NCBI GenBank assembly: GCA_001938485.1
Contig: MQRK01218924.1
Location: forward strand, 73,017 to 137,016
DNA: 64,000 nucleotides
DNA from: Girardia tigrina
Lineage: Eukaryota
Reading direction: 5' to 3'
Below the pieces are notes generated by a model. The model was not told the DNA's origin. It was given only the letters and a program-made list of their open reading frames with translations, and did not search any database. The position numbers and the translations under genes were made by a program. This document shows positions 25,360-39,005 of this stretch, piece after piece. Numbering within the stretch: the first letter of the stretch is position 1; the number at the start of each line of letters is the position of its first letter.

Positions 25360-26944
25360 TATATTTATTTTATGTCTATTTTTTTATTAAACATTTTTTA
25401 ACCTTTTGGATTTTTGTATTATTCATTTTTAATGTTTTTAAAAAATATCACATTTTTTCTTTTGAACAACCGTTGTTATGTATTTCATTTGCGTAATGTT
25501 CTATAATTTGATTTCTATATATCCGCCAATTTAATAATTTAATTATAATTATTAAATCCATTGAATTATTGCTATTAATAATATAAATAATAATAACATT
25601 GACCGTAATTATTCATAAGATTAAATTAGTATTTGACTCACAAATGGATACACTGTGCGAATCATGCACATAATGTAAACATTAATAAATCATAATAAAT
25701 TTTATCAACTAATTATAGAATAAATATTTTTCTTATATTTTTTAAAAGAAATTTTGTTTATTTTATTTTGTTATTAATTTAAAATTTTTGACAATTTAAA
25801 ATTTAGATTTAGTTTGATATAAATTTGAAATTATAATTATAAATTGAGCATGAAATTGATTGAAATATAATACAGGCTACACAGACGGAATATTCTTTAT
25901 TTTACTCACAAATATCCATATTCGATAATGGTTACAGCAGTCTGTTTATATTAGTTTTTGGCAACGTTGCCGCTTTTTTGTGGTGTATCACTTTCATAAA
26001 GACAAACAACTTTTTGTTTTGTTTTGCACATTCAATCTACAGAAGCAATTTTTCGGTTTTTACAATAATAATAAGTCATTAAAAGTATATGCAGTCTAAT
26101 TGTTAATGTTAATTAGTCATACAAATCCTTAATATATATAATATAAATACTATTAATATATAATATAAACACTAGTAGCTTTAATTGACTGACCATTTCA
26201 TTCAAGCATTTTAAATGAAATACATCATTGTATGAAAATGGCATCCTTGCGAGTTCATCTATTCGCAACTGTTCTTCACAAATTCAAACCATTGCAGATA
26301 TGAATTCACAATGCCTCATATACCAGATAATGCTCATACTCATTGACTTTGTGCTCGGAACAGAAATTCAATCAATCCAAACACATTATTCAATTTCCAA
26401 ACACATTATTAAGAACATCAATATGGGTTTTCACAACTTTATTTTCAATACAATTAGAATTGTCTTTTGGACAACTCTCAGCAAAGCTTTCGTAATTCGA
26501 CATCGTTCTAAATTGATAAATTTTAATTAATGTTTTTTAATAAACAATTATTCGAACAAATTTTCATTATTTTCAGATTTTATTTTCAAAGTTCTAATTT
26601 TATAATTTAAGTTATCATTTGATCTAAATATTAATTTAATTGTAAAATGATTTTATTTAAAGAAAAAACATTAATTTAGTCAATTTATAAACAAGTTAAA
26701 AGTTATTTACTTTAAATTTTTGATATTAAAATTTTAAACGATTTAATATTTAAAAGTTTTTTTAAATATCTTATGCTGTAATTTAAAATGCAAATTATGC
26801 TCGAATAACTATTAATAATATCACGAATATCCAAAATATCAATTTTCCATCTGGGTCGGAGAAACACATTTTCGAATACTACACTTAACATACAAATTTC
26901 AATATACCACATTTAAAATATTCCTCACACACATAAATCGCACA

Positions 26945-27350
26945 CATATTTGTAGATGGTAAAGTTGCTTGTCCTCAGTTGATAACCATTCGCGGTTTAC
27001 GGTGGTGATATCAAAAAAGTTCATTCAGTGAAACATATGTTCTCCTCTTGATACATTCATCATAAGTCTTAAGCATATTGTCATTTTTTTCGTATTACTT
27101 GATCCGAAACTTGTGGAAAACTCAGTTTATGCTTTCACTATTGTGTGACTATTTTGGAAATTTCTACTATTCATTCCTCGCCTCCTTCGATTTCTGCTCC
27201 AAGAAACTGGTATCGACAAATTATTTGTATTTTCAGTGGCACGCGACATTTGTCTTCCAGTGAAGCTTCTTCTAAAGGCACACTTCATCTTCTTCCATAT
27301 TATCGGTTCAGATATTCTTGGTCTTCTGTATCATTAAATCACTTATCCTG
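26945..27350 (-). pseudogene. Transposase-like N-terminal remnant, apparently same family as 41246-42495
   Basis: Minus-strand pieces KTYDECIKRRTYVSLNEL / FDITTVNREWLSTEDKQLYHLQI share the WLSxED motif with the 41-42 kb element. Confidence 0.45.
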
Positions 27351-28963
27351 TGCAATTAAAAAATTTTGTAATTTAAATTTGTATTTTTATTTTTTTTAAT
27401 TTTACAATGGTTTTCAATAAATACAATTAGTGAGTTACTCAGGAGTAATGTAACTGGATTGATAGCAGTCTTTTAAGCAAAAGGGGTAATTAAATCAACG
27501 ATGAAACAAATTAGTCGTGAACTAGATATGGTTTGGGTTCAAAAATGTACTTTTTAATCCAATATATTTGAGAATGAGAAAACAAGAAGTGTTTAAAATG
27601 CAAAACTAATTTTGCAATATAAACAAATTCCATTTTGGTAATTTCTAGTACACGTCTGCGAACGTTGCTTGATGTTTTGTATATATCTAGTAATGAATAA
27701 TCAATTGTTGATTCAAAACAATATCAATTTCGAAGACAGAAATTATTGATGAAAACCTTATAGCAAGTCTCTATTTTAACAAACGTATCATCGTGGTAGG
27801 CCTATAAATTCCCATATGTGGTATTAAGAACATTTAGACAAGTCTTGTTTGAATTTTTATTACAATCACATTTAGAATCATTATGACTCTCAGAAAGTCC
27901 TTCATCGTTTGTCATCGTTCTAATTGGTTTTCTTTCTATTTTTAATCATGATTATTCGAAAAATTTTTAAGTCATTTTTTAAAATATTTAACTTCTAAAA
28001 ATTATTAATTAAAAATAATAATTTTTACCATTTCTCAATAAATCCAAAAATAATAAAAATGTCATCAAATTATTAAAAATGCATTTAATTTAAATTTTAC
28101 TAAATAATATTAAACTTAATTCTAATTGTTAAATTAAAAAATATGAACTTACAAAATCATTATTTTAATTATGTTCGAATAGTCAATCACTTTAAATTAA
28201 AATAAAAAATACCAATTTCCATCTGGGTGGGAGAATCACCATTCTAAATTCAACATACTTAAATCAACATACAACATCCATGCATTTACACATGGGTTTT
28301 TATATTGTAGTTAGCCAATTATTTCTTAGCTAATACATCTAAGATCATCAATGAACAGTGATGAATGAATGGCCTATTCAAAGTTCGAAATTCTTGGGAA
28401 AAAACGTACAACTTATAAACATAAATATAATAGTTAAAATTTTTTTTGGATAAACAAATTAATTTTACAAAGTTTTATTCTAATTTTTGTAAAATTTATG
28501 AATATTGTGACATTTGGTAATCGAAATTTATGTAAAATTTGGGGTATCTTTTTATGATGTGTATTTTAGGGGTTTGTTTTTAACATGACCGACTAATTTA
28601 TTATTTTGACTTCTTAATTTTATTTTGTACAGTCAGTTTGGAGTTACAATTTGAGGAAATGAATAATATTTTAAACGTAAATTTGTTGAATTGGAATTTA
28701 TGTATTTTAGCAAAATTATTTCATTATAATTTTAGGCTTGAAATTTCATAATATCAATAATGGAAAATTTAATTGGAAAAATAATAATTTTTTTGTAAAG
28801 ATAAATATGAATTTCAGTTATTGGTATTGAAATCAATACAAAAACAAATATCCCACACAAATTTGTTAAGACAGTTGTGAATGACTCTTCAGTAGGTTAC
28901 ACATGTTTTAAAAATAAATAATTTTCTGTTTATTCTTTTTAAAAATTAACTTCTCCTGAATAG

Positions 28964-29173
28964 GCAAGGAAACTTGATCATGATTGGAAGTCATTTACTA
29001 CGGCTTTGGAAGATCGAAGCAATGTTTTGCAGTTATCGGCAAGTTTTCATTCTCGAGCAGAAGCTTTTCTTGCTAATTGTCCGCATTGGGAAACTGCGAT
29101 GAAGCAGCAGCAAATACAGCCTGGTCAACAAGAAACAGTCAATTCCTTAAACCAATATATAACTACACTTCAG
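28964..29173 (+). CDS. trio: Trio-like exon f (spectrin repeat)
   Basis: aatag|GCA...CAG|gtacaa. ARKLDHDWKSFTTALEDRSNVLQLSASFHSRAEAFL. Confidence 0.93.
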
Positions 29174-29217
29174 GTACAATTGAGTTTTTGCACTCACGTT
29201 TAAGAATATACAAATAG

Positions 29218-29382
29218 CAATTATGGCAAGAAGCGAGAATGGCTCATGAGGAAGTCTGTTCAGATGGACGGGCACTAGCAAGTCATTTAAGCAGCCCAGT
29301 ACCAAAGGGAAGTCATACGTCACTTGCAGCTGCCGTGGATTATACAGAAGGAAGGAAACATTGTACCCATTTGATGCACGAA
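29218..29382 (+). CDS. trio: Trio-like exon g
   Basis: Follows a 44-nt intron; aatag|CAA...GAA|gtaaga. EEVCSDGRALASHLSSPVPKGSHTSLAAAVDY (cf. EVSQDGKSLLDKLQRP...SLTASANY). Confidence 0.92.
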
Positions 29383-32014
29383 GTAAGATTGTTTATTAAT
29401 TTATAAGATTTTTCGGGTAGTTCCAGTCTGTTTTTCTATTTTGTTATTCAAAAACCACTGAACCTTCAACCTGTTGTTTTTAATTAACTTATTTTTTAAA
29501 ATTTATTTTGAAATGTTTACTAATATAATATTAATAATGACGATAAAGAATGAATCACAAGGTCACCTTTCAAAAGTGAGTCAACATTCGATCATACATT
29601 ATTCAACTGACCTCTTACGATAAAATATGAATTAATAATTTTATCAAATTGATACTAGAATTATTGATGAAATCGCATTTTGTTGGTACCACCCTTTGAG
29701 TCGCTAAGATTCTCCATATTTGTCTAATAGTGTTCATCGCCAACACAAACCGGATCAATATTGTTTTCTGTTTGCTTTAATTTTTATGTATACATATAGA
29801 TTAGATACTGTTTAAAACAAGTCAAGTAAATATTTACAAAAAGATTTACACAAGGATTTGTATTTAATGAAATTCAATTGCATTATGGGATATTTTTCTT
29901 TAATTAATGGATGTTTAATGCATTTTTGAAAAATTCATTGCTTAAATATATTCAAGATAACTTTAAGTAATCCAATCTCTTATTTCTTAATTGGGAAACA
30001 ACGAAAAAAATTTAATTAAGAAACATTCGATAAATAAGTTCAATGTAATCAGATTTAAGAATAAATCTGTTTAGAAAATCGTTTTTACAGCTTTTATTGA
30101 TTGTCGTGAGTTGTTGATGGTCACGCTTCACGTCATAGATAAGCTGCATTAGAATACTCAAAGCTTTAGTAGATAATCTAATGACACCTCAAAGGAAGGT
30201 CAATCCCGACTTTTAAGTGTAGATGAAATAAGATAGCATGTCAGTGCACCAACAAGACATTTGACTCTAATAAATCCATGAAAATATATCCACCAATAAT
30301 TTAAAGAACAATAAAAATAGAATTTCTATTTTATTTTTTTAACTCGTGACTAAACATCGATCTAAAGATCCAGGAAGTATTGTTTTCAATTTTGTGACAA
30401 ATCGAATTTGTGGGCTCAACAAATCAGAAATTGAAAAAATATGTACTTTAGATTTTTCCATTAAAATAAATGAAACCTTAGAAGCAGTTATAACAACTGA
30501 AATTTTCAAAAATATTATCTTACTCTAAATTGATTTATTAATCTATGATTTTTTATTTTTTACAATATTATAATATAAAACATATTTAGAATTTAATTTT
30601 AAAATTTAATTTAAATTAAAAAAATACGTAAAAATAATTATCGAATTAAATGACGTCCAAAGTAATTTTTCTTTTTGTTGTCAACAAATCCCGGATCAGA
30701 GTCATTTTCGGGCAGCGGTTTGTTAAACATTAATTTCTGTAGAGCCATTTTATCTAAGATAATCTCTCTGTCCATAAATATTCCTCTCTTGATGTTTGTG
30801 AGGCGCGCCCCTCCCGCTCCATACAATTATATCCATATATCAGAAGGGCACGCGAGGACAGCTGTCTTGAGCCTCATTCGCTTTCTGTTTTAATAATTTC
30901 CTATAACTTCTAATGAATTTTTTATGATTTATTTAGTGTAAGACAATACTTCCAATTTTATTTATCGTTTAAAATTTGTTAATTATTAATTGTTTTATGA
31001 ATATAAATATAAGTTATACAATTTAAATGATTTAACACTGTCTGAAATGTTAACATAAACTATTTTAAAAAACCAATAAATTGGAAGGTTAAAAATTAAT
31101 TTCTTAAAATAAACAAAAATGGCCTTTGTTTACGTTAGTCTTAAAATAAAGCTAATTAATTAGTCCTGGGTTCGCTTTTTATTTTACACATTTTTATTGT
31201 TCTATCATTTCAAATGTTATTCCAAGTTTGTTGTACTTCAAAGTTTTTAAATAAATAAATCGCACCAAAATATGTATTAAAATTAATAACGCGAACATAT
31301 GTAAAAATTTCATGTGTAAAAACACCATATACGAGTACAGGTTCGATTGAATTAATGCTTCAATTACACTAAGTGCTTAGAATGTCAGTTTAAAATGTTA
31401 AAAGTTCCCATTAAACGTAGACATTTTGACTCAGAAATATGACTTTTAATTGATTTTAATCTGTAAACAATTAATAAAAAATGAAAATGCCTTCAAATCA
31501 ATAAAATACTAATAATTTTCATGCCGGAATGACCATCAAGGACAATGAACATACCATAAAGTGAACCAGGAGTACTTTGACTTGGACCATAAACAAATAT
31601 AAATATGTAGACAGTGTCTGAACAAATCCTGGAAGTTGATGACTTACATCAGTTTAAACCGAAGTTCTTGTATAGTCCGTCCGTTTGAAAAACCGGAGAC
31701 AGCCAGTTAGGTCTTTAAGTAAGATAGTGTAGGATGCCGTTTTAGGCTACTTTTCGATCCAGAAGGTTGTGAAAGAGGATCTCAAGGTCAAATAAAGAGT
31801 CAGGATAAGGAGAAAAGTACACAGAATCAATCAGAAGGAGGACAAGATTCTGAAGAGAGATATCTTTACCATATTTCTCAAAGCTGAGAAGGTCGACTCT
31901 GCCATAAACAGGCGGAATTGTAGGTTCCTTAATGAGGAGCAAAAGAATTTCCCTAGTATCATTAAATATACATTCCACGCAAAGAATACAGTATATGGCA
32001 TTATATTTGAACTA

Positions 32015-33226
32015 TTAGGTTAGAAACAAAGTTCTTGCACAAATTTTATTACAACTTTTATGTACAACGAAACAATGCAGCAAAAGGAACATATCAATCA
32101 TCAATGTAATTACCGTTATTTTCGAACACCTGTTTCCAACGACGGGTAGATCATGGATACCTTTGTTGTAAAATTCAACTGGTTTGCTTTTGAGGAAGTC
32201 TCCAACTGCAGTTTTAAATTCATGGAATAAGTGGAAGTCTGTTGGTGCCAGGTCGGGCGAGTACGGTGGGCGAGGGAGAACTTCCCACTCCAGCTCCAGA
32301 AGTTTTTTACGGGTGAGATTTGCAACGTGTGGTCGGGAGTTGTCATGAAGAAACATGACATCAGTCAATTCTGGTCTTGTTTGTGCAATCGCGTCTGCCA
32401 CCCGTTGCAGTTGTTGACTGTATAATTGAGCGTTGATGGACTGATTGCGTTCCAACATTTCCCAGTGAATCACGCCCTTTACATCCCACCAGACACAAAC
32501 CATGAGCTTCTTTTGATGCAGGTCGGTCTTTGTCTGAGGTTATACAGTTGTAGCCTTGTTTGTCCAGCTTCTTCTGCGTGTCATGTTCGAGTACAGACAC
32601 TATCTCTCATCTGAAGTAACCAATTTGTTCAGACAATCTAAACGACGCTTCTTGGACAGTAGTGTCGTGCGGCGTTGACGGTCGAAGTCGGTTAGTTGGT
32701 GTGGGACCCATACGTCCAGTTTGCTGACTTTGCCAATTTCCTCCAAGTGATGCAAAATGGCAGTATGGTAGAAGCGAAACTTCTCAGCCATCTCATGTGA
32801 TGTCAGGTGTGGATCACTTTCGACACAGGCGCACAAACGATCATTGTCAATAAGTGAGGGTCAACCACTCCTTGGCTGATCCTTGAGATCGAATTGACCA
32901 CGCTGAAACTTCTTAAACCAATCGTAGGCTGTGCGATGGCCAATTGTGCCTTCTCCAAATGCTTGGTTGATACGCCGTTCCGAGGCACCAGCTTTTAGCC
33001 CGGACTTGTAATCATACAGTAATATAGTACGTTGCTGTTCATGAGAGATTTCATTTTATCGGCCATATTTGAAAATTTAGATATCTGAAATTATGAAAAT
33101 ATACAATTAAAAAATATTGCATTTACTTATATATAAATCAATAAAACAATAAATGTATATTGTTGCATTGTTTCGTTGAATATCATTGTTAATAAAAGTT
33201 GTGCGAGAACTTTGTTTCCAACCTGT
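32015..33226 (-). mobile_element. mariner DD34D transposon, full length, degenerate
   Basis: TA|ttaggttagaaacaaagttcttgcac ... gtgcgagaactttgtttccaacctgt|TA. WVPHQL, TSDE, HDNSRPH-(34)-D, YSPDLAPTD. Confidence 0.93.
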
Positions 33227-33761
33227 TAGTTCCGTCTAATGGAAAGAAAATACTTCTATTCTTCAAACATAACGAAAACTAAATCAAGAAAATGTTCTGA
33301 AGTTCTGTAAAATTATGAAAAACCATAGATCGACTCTATCTAACAAAATGACACCAATATTGTGTTCTAAAAGGAGGGAGCTTTTGCCCACGCGTAAAGA
33401 TTGATCCAAAATGGGCTTGAGAAAAAACATACAATATAAAAAGAGGTGATTATTATATCTATCCCATAAATCTCCGTTTCAAAGTATTATTCACATTCAT
33501 TCGTTTTTTTTGTTTTTTAAACTTAATTTCGTCAGTTTCTGATATGAAGTTTTTATTCTAGATAAAATACATTTTTTTCTAAAAATTTTTATTAACAAAA
33601 TTCATAAACCTCATTGATTTTTTTTCAACTTATTATTTTCCACATCGATATCTCACAAATGTCATAAAAGTAATTTTCTTTTCAAATCGAGATTTTGTGG
33701 TAAGAAATTAAAATTTTATGATGTAAGGTAGAAGAAAGAAATCATTTGATTTTTTTGTCAG

Positions 33762-33977
33762 GTTTGGGCTTGCTTCAAGCGAGTAGAAACCGTCCAAGCC
33801 AATCGGTATAAACGTTTGACAGCCCGGCTCAGTTTATTAATGTTTCGGGAAGATGTCGCTCAAGTGTTGGCTTGGTTAAATGAACATGGGGAACCTTTTT
33901 TGAAGAGGCAAACATCGGTGGGTAAATCACTACAACGAGCCGAACAACTTTATAATGCACATATGCAATTTGAGGAG
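33762..33977 (+). CDS. trio: Trio-like exon h (spectrin repeat)
   Basis: gtcag|GTT...GAG|gttggt. FREDVAQVLAWLNEHGEPFLKRQTSVGKSLQRA...HMQFEE. Confidence 0.94.
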
Positions 33978-35235
33978 GTTGGTTTATTATTATATTTTTA
34001 TTGTTGGCATTGTGAGTCGTACTGCATTTTTTGCCTATTTAAATTTTTTTTGCTTTTATACAGAGAAGATAAGTATCTCGTGTTAATAATAATTTAATTA
34101 AAATTACTTTCAATGTCACTTTCAAATAAATATTCGAATGACTTTTTCTTAAATATTTTTCTCTTTAGAATGATCAAAAAATCATCTCAGTTTTTCGATA
34201 TTTAGACGTTTTATTTTCTTTTACAGGTTCACACTTGAGTCCCAATAACGTGTGTTTTACGTATTTTACACTAATTTATTTTAAGGAACAATATTAAAGC
34301 ATATCGTTTAATTATTCGAATCATTTAATTAGTACATAGTTGCATCGCTAGGCATCATAAATAATTCATTGCTAAGGGCTGAGTTTTTTTAAATTTTGTT
34401 AATTCCATTAAATTTACCATGATATTTACGTGCTTTTCTGTTGTAATACTGCTTAATTTTACATTTAGAAAAGACTTGCTCGATCAGTTATCATTTAAGA
34501 GATTAGGGTGGCCTGTGACCTGTATTTTCGTTTGTTTCTCAAAGTAGTAAATTCCATTTCTTGTCATTGTAGTATTTTGGCTTCTTATCTACCTTACAGA
34601 TGTTCTTCGTAAAGGGGAAGTCCTCTTCCATTGGATAATCTTAAGCTAACGCTTATTTCAGTTTTATCAAGTAAAGTCATCAATCTGAATTAAAAGAAAT
34701 TCTGACGGGTCTGATATTTTAGTATTAAAGACCTCTCAGTATTTCTGGCTTGTGATATTAAAACAGTATCTTATAGGCTATAGTAGAAAGAGTTTTTTGA
34801 CTTTTTGATAGTTGAAATAAAAGGCCTTGTGCCAAGAATTACTTGCATATGTAATATTATTAAACCGATTTTTATTTTTATTACTGTTATCGTTTATTTA
34901 TATATTTTGATATGAAACGTCTTTGTAAATTGTTGTATGATTGAATTCTGTGAGTACTGTATTTGGAATGTAAAGCATCATTAGAGGGAAGTTTTGATTT
35001 AATTACACCAGTGCAAATTGCAATTCTAATTGATCGGGCTTCCTCTGTTATGGGTAGTGAACGGAAATTGTAGTATTTAACTGAATTTGGATTCTGTTTA
35101 ACCATTAGATTAGTTTGTTTTTAAATTAATAATTTGTGTCTAAAAGAAGAAAGGCTATGCAATTGAATAAAAACGAGAAATGTTATTATTTGGTCTATCA
35201 ATTCATTATCAAGCCATGATGAAAATTTGTTTTAG

Positions 35236-35328
35236 GTTGCTGCAAATACACTAACGAATGCCGAAAAGTTGATTATAGCAGCGGACGAATTGGTCGCCCA
35301 AGCTCACGATCCCGAGGAGATTCTGCAG
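35236..35328 (+). CDS. trio: Trio-like exon i
   Basis: tttag|GTT...CAG|gtttat. VAANTLTNAEKLIIAADELVAQAHDPEEILQ (cf. VAQNTYTNADKLLEAAEQL). Confidence 0.93.
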
Positions 35329-35671
35329 GTTTATCATTCAATTTAATTAATTTCAATTTTGTTTTCAAGACATTTTACACATGGAAAGTATTTTTACCTT
35401 AAATAAATTTGGTAATTAATTTAATGAGCCTTATTTTATTTATTTCATTATATTTTGCTGTTATAATTAAATATAATAATATAAGTATAAATTAAATATA
35501 AAACATTTATTTCATAAGACTATGGTAATGATTTCATCAATTTTGCATTAACTCACGTTCCATTTTATCGACTTGCTTTACATTTTCATTCTATTCTTGC
35601 AAAACAAAATTATTTTCTTTTATTTAAAGAAATCGATTATAATTTTTATTGTGACGATGATTTTTTTACAG

Positions 35672-35819
35672 GAACAAACTGAATTAGAAAGAAGAATAAA
35701 AGCATTTACAAAGGCTGTCGAAAATCGACGAAACACATTAGATTTGGCCGTGGGATTCCACAATCACACAAAGGATTTATTTAAATGGTTTCACCAGTTA
35801 AAAGAAAATCATAATACAG
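35672..35819 (+). CDS. trio: Trio-like exon j
   Basis: tacag|GAA...ACA G|gtaaat. LERRIKAFTKAVENRRNTLDLAVGFHNHTKDLFKW. Confidence 0.92.
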
Positions 35820-37419
35820 GTAAATAAGAAAACATATATTTAACAAAAATGTTTTTAACACTTGTTAAAACTAAACTTACAAAAACGAAGTATTTATTTA
35901 TGGAAGAAATATAATTATAAATACTTGTCATAGTTAAATGACCTTTCTCATCTTTCTAACATAATTAGATTTTTTAGAATAAGAATGATCTTTAGAAGTT
36001 TTCCAACCCAAAACCCATTTTTAACTAATTCATGGGTTGAAGTCTTTTTCACTAAATGTATCATTGACCGATAAAGGTGATATTCGGATTTAGCTCTACT
36101 GAATTAACCTCATTGACTAGCACTTGATAATGAATTGTTTTAAGTGTATTCTTGGCTGTCTTATTTACACGAAGTTGATCATTGTTGTGAAGTAAGATCA
36201 CTTTATTTTATTTTTCCTAATTTGGGTCGTTTTTCGTGTGATGCTATGCTCCAATGGATTATTTAATATTGATAAAGATTCTCTATAACTATTTCTCTAT
36301 GACAGGTTTCAGTATCTCAAGTTAGTCATATAGAAATCAATTTTTATTTTTTTGACTCCTACCAAATGTATTAAATGAGAGAATATTGATTTTCATTATT
36401 CTACACTTAATTTTTTTTTACCGTTTTCGACATTGTGCTTTGTAATTGTTGTGGCTCACTCAACCTGTTGGTCTCTAATATTTCCAACCAGACAGAAAAG
36501 TCATCTTACGTTTTGATTCAGTGTCAGTTGGTTACTTACTCGGTGTACCATTTCCGTCTTTTTATTTCGTCTATATATTGTATACAATATCATTAAATTG
36601 GTTTTTAAAGGTTGTTGTCGACTGTATTAATAAATCACGATTATCGCATTTATTTAGAGTTTATTCCATTTGTTTAGAAAATAAATTGTAGAAAGAAACA
36701 ATTTTAAGATTTTATAATTCTAGTTAATCAAGAAAATATTCATATTTGCTTTATTTAATTTAGCTATATTTTAATTCAATTAATTAACTTGTACTTTTTT
36801 GTCTCAAATTTAAATTTATTTGATTTTAATTCAGAGAATATTTTTTATATATTCTATTTTCCGTCTTTAATAAATCAGGGCCTTTTTAATTGATGAAACC
36901 AAAGGGAATATTTGTATTTATACAATTGAATTTATTGGCAAAGGACACCTTCGACTGATTTAATTATATTCTACTTGTTTCAAATAATTTTGGTTCTACT
37001 TCATTAAAAAAATATTTTTTTGTAAATTTTCTTATCGATAGATGGTTTTATTTATGAATATATACTGATATTTCTTTTTGTGCCATAATATGTTCGTTGT
37101 TACATCAGAATTTTAATTATCTTTTACTATTTATTTTCTATTCGGGCCACCATCAGCACTATGATTAAGTTTTGCGAAAACGGTAATTTATATTTTTTAA
37201 TTTTAGTAAAGTGATATATTACACTGAAAGTATTTATAAAATAAATCATGTGCAATTCGCCATTTTTTTATTTCAAACAATTTTATAATATAAGCTGGCG
37301 GGTTATAAAAAAAACTTAACTAAAGTTACATAAAAATATAAGAATAATGTTTAAAAATTGTTTATTTGAAGTAATTAAATAAATTAACAAGGAAATTTTT
37401 TATCCATGCCAAAAATTTT

Positions 37420-37745
37420 TAAAAAGTTCTTTCGATTCAGTTAAAATTGAAATTATTAGATACTGTGATTGTAATGCAGAATTGCTACCATTTTCAAAGA
37501 AATTTGAAGAGGATATATGAAAAGAAAAAAAAGGATTTAATAGTTTGGATGTCGAACGATGGAAAGAGGAAAGTAAAAAGAACAAGAGATATTAAATATA
37601 AAAATGTTGATCGTAATACAGTAAAATTGATTAATAAAATAGAAAATTTAATAATTTGATTAAGTAAAAATCACTTTTTTATACGAAGCAAGAAAAAAAT
37701 ACAGATTTCAAAACATCTACTGGCTGGTTAGAGGCTTTTAAAATA
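37420..37745 (+). pseudogene. pogo/Tigger-like transposase N-terminal (CENP-B-type HTH) remnant
   Basis: KRTRDIKYKNVD... and DFKTSTGWLEAFK (FKASxGWL..FK motif); stops present, no TIR found. Confidence 0.6.
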
Positions 37746-38476
37746 TTTTAAATAATATGTGAGAGGTTAGAAATAACCAAATAGTAGATATTATTTTTCA
37801 GAATGAAAGATAACGGAAACATAACATTCATATAGTTAATTTTATTAATTATATTTTATCATTTGTTAGTATCTGATATTTTCATTGATGATAGTGATTT
37901 GGTCCATGGATTTTAAACTAAAATCCAATTTGTTCAAAATATTGTCCCAGTCATTTAATAATAGTCAATAACCTTTCTCTTCTTAACTTCTCACAAATTG
38001 AATCAGAGAACTTAAACGATCTGCTACTGACATAATGGAATCGGTCCACATTGGTGCTTTGCTTTTAATATACTCATTACTTAACTTCACTAATTAGATG
38101 CAATATATCTATCTGAGGTTGATAAACTTTCATTTCCAGCTCATAATATGTAATACATATGATATCTCTTTAATCACTCTATTCACATTATGTACATTCA
38201 TTAGAAGTTCCATTTATATATGTGGAACATTCACATATAAATTCACTTTCTTATATTGAATATTGATTATATGATGTAGTTCTCATTATTAAAAACCGTT
38301 AATTAAATTAATCGTTATGAGCTAATTGATCTTGGTTCCTACAAAAACTAAGAAGATTGACATTTATTATTTCAATTATTTATTAATTATTAGAAGCAAT
38401 GTAAAATAAATACATAACTTAAATAATATCTTATAATACATTCAAATATTCATGTTACTTTTAATTTTTTATTTAG

Positions 38477-38649
38477 CCGAAATTTTACCATTAACCATTG
38501 AAGGCGTGGAGGATGAATTAAGACGTTTTCATAATGAGAAGAGAAGTATTCTTGACGCAGCAGACAAAGTACTAAAAGAGGGCTCGGCATTATGTTCTAG
38601 GCTTGTTGAAGAAGATGAAAAAAATCATTTTAAAGTTCTTCTAATGCAA
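38477..38649 (+). CDS. trio: Trio-like exon k
   Basis: tttag|CC GAA...CAA|gtattt. PLTIEGVEDELRRFHNEKRSILDAADKVLKEG; phase fits exon j. Confidence 0.85.
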
Positions 38650-38701
38650 GTATTTTAATATTGATAATTTGCTTCCACCATTTGAATTACTACGTTACAA
38701 G

Positions 38702-39005
38702 GTTCAAAATGACAAGGAAACAGCAACAGATCTGTTAACAGAACGTCAGGTGCGTCTCGATCTATGTCTACAGCTGCGTTTATTTGAAGCCGACGTTGGA
38801 TCTGCCATTGACTGCTTAAAACATGAAGTTCCAACTCCTTTGAGATACAATTTCTTAAATGATCCACGATTGGCTAGAACAATGAGTGAATTGGAAGAAG
38901 TAACTGCTACATTTCTAGCCGCAATAAAATCTGGTGAAGAAGTAATACAAAAAGGATCTGAATTATCGAGAGCGTTCGAATCGGTTGGAGTAAATTTTCC
39001 TGCAG
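38702..39005 (+). CDS. trio: Trio-like exon l (spectrin repeat)
   Basis: 52-nt intron with AAG acceptor. ERQVRLDLCLQLRLFEAD...VIQKGSEL...SVGVNFPA G|gtacga. Confidence 0.85.

Noticed and set aside
30100-30900. Coding-like minus-strand fragments (ORF 30638-30826)
   Set aside because: Probably a decayed transposon, but no diagnostic motif, TIR or TSD identified.
31600-31978. ORF 31742-31978 with YFSPYPDSL resembling a Tc1 motif
   Set aside because: Resemblance too weak and no other catalytic motifs.
34480-36700. Possible decayed LINE pieces on the - strand (TYASNSW near 34840; NILSFNT near 36380)
   Set aside because: Single weak motifs in stop-riddled frames, and Trio exons lie between them, so they cannot be one element.
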